Below are positions 49,912 to 60,260 of a stretch of 64,000 nt of DNA, piece by piece. How positions within the stretch are numbered: the stretch's first letter is position 1; each line of letters begins with the position of its first letter. The notes beneath the pieces are model-generated. The model was not told where the DNA came from, did no database searches, and saw nothing but the letters and a program-made list of their open reading frames with translations. Source of the stretch: Mantamonas sphyraenae STR306 (taxonomy: Eukaryota; Protista; CRuMs); NCBI GenBank assembly GCA_026936335.1, contig JAPMXV010000059.1, forward strand, positions 248,001 to 312,000, written 5' to 3'. Position numbers and translations under genes: made by a program.

Positions 49912-50832
49912 TCAGTCGTCCTGCAGCATCAGGGCAGCCACGAGGTTGGCAGCCTCTTCGGCCTCGCGTCCAGCACGCTCAGCCTCAGCCTTGAGTGCGT
50001 CGGCCTTGGCCTTGGCACGTGCGGCCTCCTCCTGAGCCTTGGCGGCCGTGTCGGTCAGCACAGCCGACTCGGTCTCTGCGGCGTCGGCCTGGGCCTCGGC
50101 ATCAGCGACCTCCTGGGCACGCTCGACAGCCTCCAGAGACGCCTGCTCGGCGTGGGCCTTGGCCTCCTCCAGAGCCTCCTGGCGAAGGCGGGCCTCTTCC
50201 TCCATGGCCTTCTGGAACTCGATCTCCTCCTCGCGCGAGCGATCCACGCTGTTGCTGGAGCTGGAGTTGTTGATACCGCTTGAGTTGTTGCCACCAAGGA
50301 GCACGGTGACGCGCAGGGTGCCGTCGAGCTCGTTGGCGTAGCGGATGGCCTCGTTCAGCTCGTCGGTGTTGGTCAGCGTGCACAGATCGCCATCCTCATC
50401 CTGGTACTTGACGGTGAAGTCAATGTTGCGCAGCTGGAACACCACAGCGACCTGAGGTGTGCACACAAGCAAGCGTCAGTGGTGGTGATCTTCAAAGGCG
50501 GGCGAAAAAGGAGAGGGTTTTCCGTTTGTCTTTTGGGAGACATCGGGCGACGGCGTGGACATGTGGCAAGAGGAAGCGAGGACGACGCATGCACAGTGTT
50601 GGGTGATGGACGGGGGATATGAGGTGCGATGATGCACGGTGAAGTAGGCCAGTGCGGCCGGATTGGTGACGTGTGGCCGGAAGAAAAGAAGGGTTGGAAT
50701 TCCACGCGTTTGCGGGATTTTCTGTGCAGAGCAGAGACAACGAACCTGGTTCAGGAGGCCCGTGAAGGTCACGTCGTCGGCGGCGGTGAGACGGCGCTTG
50801 TCGTTGTTGTAAGTGAGCTTAAGCTTGACCAT
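49912..50832 (-). CDS. PB1 (type I/II) + Ala/Glu coiled-coil protein, copy 1 (intron 50745-50452)
   Basis: MVKLKLTYNNDKRRL (basic site) and VKYQDEDGDLCTL...ELNEA (OPCA motif), followed by an A/E helical tail. Confidence 0.9.
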
Positions 50833-50930
50833 GTTGTGGTGAGATGTGGGTGCGTGTGGTGTTGTGCGACGGAGCGCAAACCCCGGCCCAGCTTTTCAAC
50901 GGCAACAGGAGCGCAAACCCACACGGTGTG

Positions 50931-53900
50931 ATGAAGAGAGAGGGCGAGGCTCACAGAAATGGTTCCGGAATGGACATCGAGGGCGATGGGGACCGGCGCA
51001 CGGGGAGATCTGGCCAGGACCGGGTGGATGCAAGTGCATTGTGCGGGAAGCGGGCAGGGGAGGATGTGTGGGCGGATGCAGTGAGCACACACGGCGAAAC
51101 CGCGGTGTTGGAGGCTCTGCTGGACATGGAGATCAGCACGCGGTGGCTGGAGTGTGTGCTGTGGCTGCATAAAGAGGCGGAAGAGGTGACAACGTCGTCT
51201 GTGGAGCAGAGGGAAGCAGTGTGGGCTCGAATGGTGAATTGGATGCAGAATGAGTCGGCACAGCAAGCATTGCGGGACGTGACGCTGTGTGCACACGGAG
51301 TGGTGGCGGTGAGCGTGAGCTTGGGACGGAGCGGCAACTCGGTGACGAGTGCAGTGGACGGGCTGGCAGACGATCGATGGCTGCTTGTGTGCAGTGCGTG
51401 CATGAAACGGTTGAGCGGGGAAGCGGAGACAGAGGTGGTGTGGGCGTGGCTGGAGCGTGTGGAGAGGTGCTTGCACTCGGCGGCGGAGCGCACACGTTTC
51501 CTGGCGCTGAATACGTTGCAATTGGCCATGGAAGAGCAATTGCATGTAAGCTTGGCACATATGGACACCATATGTGCGTGGGTGCTTCAGCTATGCCGGG
51601 ACACGATGCACTCGACACCAAAGCAGCTGAAACCGGTGGTGCTGGCGCTTGTACGCCACAGGGAGGCAGAAGCGGTGAAAGAACAGTTTGTAGAGGGAGT
51701 GTTGCGTCTGAGCTGGAGGGCCAAGGGCAAGTTTGTGGCGATGTCCGCGTTGGCGAGGGTGGATGCAAGTGGGTTGCTGGAACGCGTGCCGGAGCTGTTT
51801 GAGCATGTGGTGGACGCTGTGCTCGAGCATCGTACTATGCGCACACACGTCACTGACCTGTTTCGTCAGCTGGTGGAGTCATTGTGTGAACAGCGCACGG
51901 CGAGGGAGTGCGCGGAGATGGCTGGGCCTGCAGTGGCGGGCGCGTTGGATGCAGACGAGGAGAATGTGGTGATGGGCCGCATCGTGCCTTTGTTGATGAA
52001 ACACTGCGGCAGCGAGGCGTGCAATGCGCTTCTACCGCGGGTGAGATCGCTGCGGGCCAAGATGGAGGCGATGAGCGTGGCGAGGAAGCGCAAACTGCTG
52101 TCGGATGAGGCACTTCAGGATGAGAGCGACGCTTTGCGAGAAGCGTTGTGCGGGGATGGTCCAGAGGTTTTGGCTGCTCTGGCGCTGCTTTGTGACGCGT
52201 CGAGCAAACATGTGGCGCCGAGCGAGACGGAGAAGGAGCTGCTGCTGCTGTTTCTTCAGCGACACGTGAACCAAGAGACGGCCAAGGCAAGGTTGGTTGT
52301 GCTGCGGCATGTGTCTCGGTTTATGGATCGATCGAGGAGCGACGAGAGCTTCGGCAGGGCGGTGGTAAGGGAGATGGTAAAGGCGATGGTGGAGGCGGAT
52401 TGTCATGGGGTGTACGAGACTGGGGCTGGGGTGCTGACGATGGTGAAGGAGCACTTGAGAGCGGACAAAGAGGAGGTTGGGCAACTGTTGGCAATGATGT
52501 TGGAGGCGAATGATGAGGTGCTGGACGACACGCGAACGATGCTGTTTGAGGTTGTGTCACAAGGACATTTGGACAGGGCATACGACAGCGAGTGGGTGCA
52601 CACACAGAGCATGGATATGATGAACGAACTGAATGCGAACGACGTGCATGCTGGGATGTTGGGTATGCGTCTGCTGTTGGACCACGGGCACGCCAGCGAA
52701 GAGGACTTGCATGCATGGGCAGCCGAGGAGGCAGAGAGTGTGAAGCTGCACATGGAGTGGGCTACCTTGCTGAGCAGGGATGGCAAGGCGAGGTTGGGCG
52801 AGCAAGAGTCGCTGGAAGCGACGGTGAACTATCTGGCCGAGCAGACAGACGGGCTGCTGCAGGAGCTGGAAAGCAGGCAAGAGGGCGAGGATCGAGGGCG
52901 ACAGAATGCGTGGCTCGCGTTTCGTGCGGCTTTGGAGATTGTCAACTTGCACATTGCGGAGATGGAAGTGGATGGAGAGACGGGAGAACGGGTGGGCAGG
53001 CTGCTGATGCGGATCATGAAAGAGGCACGGCATCAGGGAACGGTTGTCGCCGGTCAGAGTGTGCTTCGCAGTTTGTGCACACGTATGGATGACACACGGA
53101 AGTGTGCGCTGGGTGGGCGATGGAGGTGGTGGACGAGCTGGCAGACGATCAGCTGTTTGTGCTTCGGCGATCGGTAAGCCAGTGTGCGATTCTGACGGCC
53201 GTGGTGACGGCGGGAGATGCTGGAGGAAGCGAGGGGGCACTGTTGGGTCGTGTGATGGACAAGCTGATGGGCGTGCTGCGCAAAGGGGGAGAACGTGCGC
53301 AGGTGCACTCTCTGCACGCTGTACGCACGCTGTTGTCGTGCACGGAGCTCAAGCGAGCGAGCGAACAGTATTGGGGAGACTTTCTGGCGCTGAGTGTGCC
53401 TCTGACGCGGAGCGAGCACTTTGGGGTGCGCAACGCGAGTGTGCTGGGGAGCTGCACGGTGATGCAGCGGTGCACGGCGGGCAAAACGGCATACTTGTTC
53501 TTCAAACGGTATCCAGAGCTGCTTGGGAGTTTGGTGGAGCAGGTACGTGAGGAGAACGTGATCGGAGTGGCGATGGTGGGAGCGCTGGAACGGGCGTCGA
53601 GCACGCAAGGGTCTGTGGAGGAGCTGGGAGAGGTTGTGGAACATGTGGCATGCAATGCGAGGAGCCACTATGTGCGGCATGTGGCTGCAGATGCAATTGG
53701 AGTGTTTGTGCCAGTGCAGGAGGCTGTGGCAGACGCTTCTCGTCGTGTGGATTGGATCGAGGCCATGGAGAGAGGTGCGAGTGGATGGTCATCGAATTGG
53801 CTGCAAGGGCAGCTGTGGATGATTGAGGCCGAGCTAGAGGGCGTGCAGGACGGCGTGGTGGAAGGCGCAGAGGAAGTGTTGCTGAGATTGCTGTGCGATC

Positions 53901-54089
53901 GGCGTGTGCCGCCCCTCGTACGCTTGCAGGTGTTGACGCTGTGCAGGCATCAGCGCGTGGTAGGAAAAGAAGGGGGCCAAGGGCTGGCAAGAGTGATGGA
54001 GCAAGACGGGGTGTTGGAGGGAGTGCGGGAGGAGCACCCTGGAGGACGGGCGTGGGTGGAACGTGAGGGAATGGCGGAATGGACAATGA
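50931..54089 (+). CDS. THADA: THADA/Trm732 (DUF2428) tRNA-methylation adaptor; frame break ~53111, start and stop uncertain
   Basis: LSWRAKGKF, ARHQG, LRRS, QVHSLHAVR, FGVRNAS, FFKRYPEL parallel THADA motifs (RHRGAF, TRRSAG, QVHALNILR, WAVRNS, FFSRFPEL). Confidence 0.75.
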
Positions 54090-54100
54090 GAAGTGGGAGT

Positions 54101-55031
54101 TTAATCCTCAGCGTACTGGTAGGCAGCGACGAGGTTGTTGGCTTCCTCAGCCTCCTTGCCGGCAACCTCTGCCTGGGAACGCAGGGCGTTGGCCTTGCCC
54201 TGAGCGCGCTCAGCCTCCTCACGGGCCTTGGCGGCGGTGTCCGCAAGGACAGCAGCCTCGGTCTCCTTGCCCTCGGCCTGGGCGATGGCATCCTCAGCCT
54301 CCTGGGCACGCTCGGCGGCCTCGATGGCCAGCTGCTCGGCGCGTGCGCGGGCCTCTTCCAAAGCCTCCATGCGCAGGGCGTGCTCCTCAGCCATCAGCTG
54401 GTTGGCAGCATGCTCCTCCTGAGCCTGGATCTTGATGGCGGCGGCGACGTCCTCGGCGCTCACGGTGGACTCGACGTTGGCCTCGGCCAGCACGGTGAGG
54501 CGCAGGGTGCCGTTGGACTCGCCCGCCCACTTCAGCGCCTCGGACAGCTCGTTGTCGCTCTTGATGGTGCACAGGTCGTTGTCCTCATCGAGGTACTTGA
54601 TGGTCACGGCATGGGGGTCCTCCAGCTTGTACACAGACGCAACCTGAAGCCATGTGTTGGGCGCCCACGTGTCAGCCGGCCAAACGAAGAAAAGTGTGGT
54701 GCCCTCCCACTGAATTCTGCGAGGGCCTTTTTTGGGCGGAAGGCCGCTCACACGTGCGGCGCAGAGTGCAAACACGCCGTGCACATGCTCTCGTGTGCGC
54801 ACATGCATGCATGACAGATGTCACACAAACGTGTGCGTGCATGTGCACGGTGGTGTGTGACGGAGAGTGGCCGGGGAAGGGAAAATCGAGCGAGAGCCGC
54901 GTTTGCGGAAAAAAAACATGCTGGCAAAGAGAGCCACGTACCTGCACCTGCAGAGCCAGGAAGGAGGTGTCGTTGGACACGGCCAGGCGGCGGATGTCGT
55001 CGTTGAAGTTGAGCTTAAGCTTGGTGGACAT
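54101..55031 (-). CDS. PB1 + Ala/Glu coiled-coil protein, copy 2, more diverged (intron 54941-54644)
   Basis: MSTKLKLNFNDDIRRL...IKYLDEDNDLCTI...ELSEA. Same intron position and phase as copies 1 and 3. Confidence 0.9.
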
Positions 55032-55134
55032 GTTGTGTGAAGAAAGAGTTTTTTGATGGATGCGTCGGCGGCAATGGAACGCTCGCCTTTTCAATCGACC
55101 GACCGCAAACACGCCACCACAAACACACCCGGAA

Positions 55135-56616
55135 TCACTCGTCACGAGCCACCACGAGAGCATCGGCAAGGATTTGCACAAACTGGTGCACTTCGGAAAA
55201 GGAGTTGTACAGGGGCACCGGTGCAATGCGCATGGCGCTGGGGCGGCGCAGGTCGCAAACGACACCGGCGCGGGTAAGGGCATCGTGGACGTCCTTCATG
55301 TCGACACTGAACTGCAGACTAAGCTGGCAGCCGCGGCGCTCGGGGTCGCGCGGCGTCAGGATGGTGACGACGCCGTCGTCGAGCATGGTGTCGAGGAGGA
55401 GCTCCAGGTAGGCGGTGAGGAGGAGGCTCTTTGCACGCAGAGCATCCATGCCAGCCTCTGCAAAAATCTCCAGGCTGGCCAACAGAGCAGCATAGGGGAG
55501 CACTGGCGGGTTGGACAGCATCCAGCCAAAGGCACCATCGGCAAAGTCGATCTGCGGATCCATGTTGAAGCGTGTGCTTTCCTTGTTGCTCCACCAGCCG
55601 GCAAAGCGAGGAAGGTCGTAGCCAGCCTTGCTGTGCTTGCTGTGGACAAAGGCGCCACCGATGGTGCCTGGACTGCCATTGAGGTACTTGTAGTGACACC
55701 AACAGGCAAAGTCGACGTCCCAGTCGTGGAGGCGCAGGGGTACGTTGCCAACGGCATGGGCCAGGTCAAAGCCAGCCACGGCGCCGTGGGCATGGGCCGC
55801 CTGTGTGATGGCCTCCAAGTCAAAGAACTGGCCGGTGTAGTATTGGATGCCGGCAAAGAGGACGAGAGCAATCTCGTCGCCGTGCTTTTCGATGGCATCC
55901 AACAGCAGTTGGGAGCTGACTTGGCCCTCTCCGTCCTCGGGAGCCACTGTGATGATGCTGTCTGCTGGATCAAAGCCGTGGAAGCGGACCTGGGACTCGA
56001 CGGCGTACTGGTCGCTGGGGAAGGCGTGGTGGTCCAGCAGGATCTTGTAGCGGGTTTGTGTGGGCCTGTAGAAAGAAACCATGAGAAGGTGGAGATTGAC
56101 AGAGAGCGAGTTCATGATGCAGACCTCTGTGTCGTCCGCAGCGCCGACAATGGCGCCGATTTCGGACCGGCCAAAGTGGTCGATCCAGAGCCAGGGACGT
56201 TCCTCGCGGCCGTCGTGGTGACCGAGGACACCGTTGAGCTCCCAGTTGCGCAGTTCTTGCTCCACGTATGCACGAGTGCTTTTGGGCTGCAGACCGAGCG
56301 AGTTGCCGCAGAGGTAGATGCAGTCGTCGCCGGTCCGGCCTTCTTCCTCGCTGCGCTCCTGCACCTTGAGGCTGAGGTCGCTGGGCTTGCTTGCGTCCAC
56401 AAAGGCGCCTGTGCGTTGCTTTTTGGGCACGAGGAAGCGATCGCGGAAGCCCGCCAGCTCGTCTGCCTTGTCCAGCGCTTCGGCAAGAGCGACGTCGTCC
56501 AGGCCGCACTCGAGCGAGGCTGCCAGAGTCTCGATCTCGGTGCGCGCCGGGTTGTCCTGCACCTGTGCGTCTTTGGAGGTGTTGATACTGCTGGTTCCAG
56601 AGTGGGTGGTGCTCAT
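55135..56616 (-). CDS. KYNU: Kynureninase (intronless)
   Basis: IYLCGNSLGLQPK, MNSLSVNLHLLMVSFY, FPSDQYA, GFDLAHAVGN, DFACWCHYKYLNGSPG (PLP lysine), RGCQLS, RIAPVPLYNSF. Confidence 0.98.
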   Translation of the reverse strand: MSTTHSGTSSINTSKDAQVQDNPARTEIETLAASLECGLDDVALAEALDKADELAGFRDRFLVPKKQRTGAFVDASKPSDLSLKVQERSEEEGRTGDDCIYLCGNSLGLQPKSTRAYVEQELRNWELNGVLGHHDGREERPWLWIDHFGRSEIGAIVGAADDTEVCIMNSLSVNLHLLMVSFYRPTQTRYKILLDHHAFPSDQYAVESQVRFHGFDPADSIITVAPEDGEGQVSSQLLLDAIEKHGDEIALVLFAGIQYYTGQFFDLEAITQAAHAHGAVAGFDLAHAVGNVPLRLHDWDVDFACWCHYKYLNGSPGTIGGAFVHSKHSKAGYDLPRFAGWWSNKESTRFNMDPQIDFADGAFGWMLSNPPVLPYAALLASLEIFAEAGMDALRAKSLLLTAYLELLLDTMLDDGVVTILTPRDPERRGCQLSLQFSVDMKDVHDALTRAGVVCDLRRPSAMRIAPVPLYNSFSEVHQFVQILADALVVARDE

Positions 56617-56851
56617 CTCAGGGGTTGGCAAAGGGGTGTGCGGAAAAGGTGGGTGACGGTGGGCAGAGGGAGATTGTGAGTGGGGCGAGAGAGGGAGGGA
56701 GATTGTGCAATGGTGTACGGCACAAACGGATGGTTGGTTGAAGTTGGCGGATGTGTGGGGTGGTGTTTGTGGAAGTTGGCCGTCAAAGGCGAGGGTGTTT
56801 GCTGCGCCGACGTGGGCATCCAAAACCAACTTCGGTCAAAACATCAAAAAC

Positions 56852-57205
56852 ATGGTCAAGCTTAAGCTCACATACAACGACGACAAGCGCCGCCTGACGG
56901 TGCACGACGACGTGTCGTTCAACTCTCTGGTGAACCAGGTGCGTTGTTGTTTTCCCGAACCATTTTTTCCGCAAACGCCGCAGCCAAGGTGGAATTCCCC
57001 TCTGCCCGGGCCCCTGCGTGGGGCACGGAAGTGTGGATGACGTATGCATGTGCAGCATGGGGTGTGTGGTGTGCGTGTGGTGTGTGTTCATGTTTGCGTG
57101 TGCAGTGCAAGGTTCTTTGATCTGCAGGGTGTGCGTACACGACAAAGAAGGGCCACAACGGCCCCTTTTCTTTGATGAAAACGACGTCAACACAAACGCC
57201 GCCAA

Positions 57206-57238
<33 letters not shown>

Positions 57239-57901
57239 CACGTACATACGTACGCAGACACGTGTGCACTTGCTCGCGCGTGTCTGCATGTGCATGGTTG
57301 CTGCGGAGGATGTGGAGAGGTGGGTGCAAGGGCACTGACACAGAAAATCGTGCGCTCAACTCAACAGGTGTCGGTGGTGTTCCAGCTGGGCAACACTGGC
57401 TTCACCGTCAAGTACCAGGATGAGGATGGCGATCTGTGCACGCTGACCAACACCGATGAGCTGAACGAGGCCATCCGCTATGCCAACGAGCTCGACGGCA
57501 CCCTGCGCGTGACTGTGATCGCAGGTGGGGAGAGCTCCAGCAACAACTCCAGCTCCAGCAACAGCGTGGATCGCTCGCGCGAGGAGGAGATCGAGTTCCA
57601 GAAGGCCATGGAGGAAGAGTCCCGCCTTCGCCAGGAGGCTCTGGAGGAGGCCAAGGCCTACGCCGAGCAGATGTCTCTGGAGGCTGTCGAGCGTGCCCAG
57701 GAGGTCGCTGATGCCGAGGCCCAGGCCGACGCCGCAGAGACCGAGTCGGCTGTGCTGACCGACACGGCCGCCAAGGCTCAGGAGGAGGCCGCACGTGCCA
57801 AGGCCAAGGCCGACGCACTCAAGGCTGAGGCTGAGCGTGCTGGACGCGAGGCCGAGGAGGCTGCCAACCTCGTGGCTGCCCTGATGCTGCAGGAGGACTA
57901 A
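56852..57901 (+). CDS. PB1 + Ala/Glu coiled-coil protein, copy 3, inverted near-duplicate of copy 1 (intron 56939-57367)
   Basis: MVKLKLTYNDDKRRL|...VKYQDEDGDLCTL. Exon 2 is almost identical to the reverse complement of 49912-50451. Confidence 0.9.
57215..57241. repeat. Intronic (CA)n microsatellite in PB1 copy 3
   Basis: About 13 CA units. Confidence 0.9.
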
Positions 57902-57980
57902 GTGGAATGAATGGAGGACTTTGATGATTGCATTACAACCAACAACACGTTTGTTCAGTTGGTCAGTTCGCAGTCGCAGT

Positions 57981-58997
57981 TCATGTGCAAAAATTAGGGC
58001 CATCCCATCCTGGCTGGAGATGCAGACTGCAAGCACAGGTAAACGCACGCATGTCGTAGTGATTGGCCATAAAGGTAAACACTGCGGCGCCGAGCGAAAA
58101 GATGTGCCAGAGGTTGTGTGAGTTGAGCGCGAGATCCCACTTGCCCGGTGCTGTGACCTCGGGCCAGCGCTTGGAATTGACGAGACCACCGCAGAAGAAG
58201 CACATGAAGCCTGCAAGGTGGTAGGAGAGAGCCACGGAACGGTAGTCTTCCCAGCGATGGAGGACGGCGTAGCAGAGGATCCAAAACAAGTTGCGGGCGA
58301 CAACATGTGGGCCCAGGGCCACAAAGCGACCTTTGACGTCGGTGGCGGTGATGGACTTGTACAGAGCCACCACGGATTCGATGCCAAAGGCAACCAGGAA
58401 GAGTTTGTAAAAGGTGTCGTCGGCGGAGGAGCACTGGTAGCCGTACTTGAGCATGGGCAGGGCGCTGCCTGTGATGCCAATCCAAACGCCCAGCACGTCC
58501 GAGTTGAGCAGAAACAGGTACTCGCTTGGCGTGCGTGTGGCCGGCATGTACAGGTGGTAGACGACGGAGCCGCAGAGGTTGAGAGCCATGCAGCTGGTGC
58601 CAATGGACAAGAGGGTGCAGTGGTGCATGAGAGTGGCCCACAGGGATCCCTTCCACGTAAAGGCACACTCCAGAGACTGCCAATCCCACACGACGAGGCC
58701 CATGAGGATCAAGGAGCCAATCAGGTGGCTCCAAACGTTGAACGTCTCGTTGTGCAAGCGAGCAATGGATCGTGAGCACTCGTGGATGCCGCCAATGCAA
58801 GGGCGATATCCGTGCAGAATGTACTTGTTGAACTGCAACCACGGCGGCATCTGCTTCCAGCTCTGGTTGACGCGGGAGTCGACAAACGCTTCTGGGTGGT
58901 TCAGCTCTTGCTTCCTGACGGCGCGCTGTGCGCTGGCGCGCCGTGCGGCCTCAGGCACGTGCAAATCGCTGTTGGCGTGGAATTGGAAGCCCCCCAT
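57981..58997 (-). CDS. PAQR / haemolysin-III family 7-TM protein
   Basis: PPWLQFNKYILHGYR, HNETFNVWSHL, SVVYHLY, PEVTAPGKWDLALNSHNLWHIF. The true start may lie upstream. Confidence 0.92.
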   Translation of the reverse strand: MGGFQFHANSDLHVPEAARRASAQRAVRKQELNHPEAFVDSRVNQSWKQMPPWLQFNKYILHGYRPCIGGIHECSRSIARLHNETFNVWSHLIGSLILMGLVVWDWQSLECAFTWKGSLWATLMHHCTLLSIGTSCMALNLCGSVVYHLYMPATRTPSEYLFLLNSDVLGVWIGITGSALPMLKYGYQCSSADDTFYKLFLVAFGIESVVALYKSITATDVKGRFVALGPHVVARNLFWILCYAVLHRWEDYRSVALSYHLAGFMCFFCGGLVNSKRWPEVTAPGKWDLALNSHNLWHIFSLGAAVFTFMANHYDMRAFTCACSLHLQPGWDGPNFCT

Positions 58998-59181
58998 GAC
59001 TGTGGCAGCGTGGAGGCAGTCCAGAGATTGGTTGGGGGGCTGCGAGGGAAGCCGTCAAGGCGCCCTCTTTTCCTTTCGCGACACTGCAAGACGAGGAAGC
59101 GCCTGACGGCATACTTGCGCCTGTGGGTGCATATAGAGTGGCGAAAAACATGGCCGGCAAACGATTTTGTTTGCAGTCCCA

Positions 59182-59391
59182 TCACCACCAATCGCGGGAG
59201 CCGAGGCCCGCATCAGACATGTCGCCGACAACAACCATGGGCGGCATGGTGAGTTCCTTTTGAAAGTGAAACACCAACTGGCGGAGAAAGTCTGCCTCCT
59301 CCTCAGCAGTAGGCATCAGGCCACCTCGTGGGCGACCAGGGATCAGCTGCGTCCCAGTGCTGCTTCCCTTTCCGCTCCTTGACGAACCCGA

Positions 59392-59430
<39 letters not shown>

Positions 59431-60196
59431 ACTACTGCTACTTGTGCTTGCGCTCAGGTCTGCGCTTTCGTCGTTGCTCTTGTCGTAAAAATACTGCACG
59501 GACTGAATGCGCACAGTGTACGAGGTGTCCACGTCGTAGAACAGCTCTACCCCAGTGCTCACGGGCCATTTCCACACCTTGCCTTCGCCTTCACTGTCTT
59601 CCACACTTTGGCGGGCGCATGGACACAAAGCACGTGGCGGTCGGGGTGCGTGTGTCAGTGCTCTGTTCCTAAACGCGGCGGCGGCGCGGTTTCGCGGGAT
59701 CAGCGCCACGCTCACGCGCATACGCATGCGCACACCTGGCACGTACTACTCCGTCGTATCTGGAAGGTTGTAAAAGGGCACGTAGATGTTGTTGAACATA
59801 TTGCAGGAGACTGTGTGCGGTGTCGCCGGGAGGCGGGAAACGCCCGACGTGTCAGAGCAAACGGCGGCGGCACAACGGGGAACAGCAGATAAGGAACGCA
59901 CACTTCATGCCCAGCTCGCAGACTTCCAGCAGTTCGAATGTACACAGTTCGCGAGGGAAGGGCATGAAGGAAAGGAGGGTGAAGGTGGCCTCTATGAAGC
60001 CGCCGCCCGTGTTGGGGTGGAAGAAGCACTCGCCGACGTGGTCCAAGGACCACAGTTCGATACACAGGCCCTTGTCGGGCACCACCCGGTTGCCATAGTC
60101 GTAGTTGACCTGCTCCTCCACCGCCTGGAGCAGTGGACGGCCCAGGTACTTGGCCTTGATGCGCAACGTCTGCTTGAGCTGGACGAGCACAAACAT
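59182..60196 (-). CDS. POLR3H: RNA polymerase III subunit RPC8/C25, Rpb7 family (3 exons), with poly-Ser insert
   Basis: MFVLVQLKQTLRI, NRVVPDKGLCI, VWKW, terminal GDMSDAGLGSRDWW. Introns 59901-59811 and ~59745-59607. Confidence 0.85.
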
Positions 60197-60260
60197 TTGG
60201 CTTGGTTGCAGTGAGGGTTGACGTGTGCTGGCTGGGTAGCTGTGCAAGTTTTCATTCGGC

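Noticed and set aside
49912-57901. Inverted repeats as transposon terminal repeats
   Set aside because: The repeats are exons of intron-containing genes, and I see no transposase or target-site duplication.
59392-59440. (CTG/CAG)n tracts (also ~19720, ~38025, ~41575)
   Set aside because: These are ordinary coding poly-Ser microsatellites in disordered linkers.
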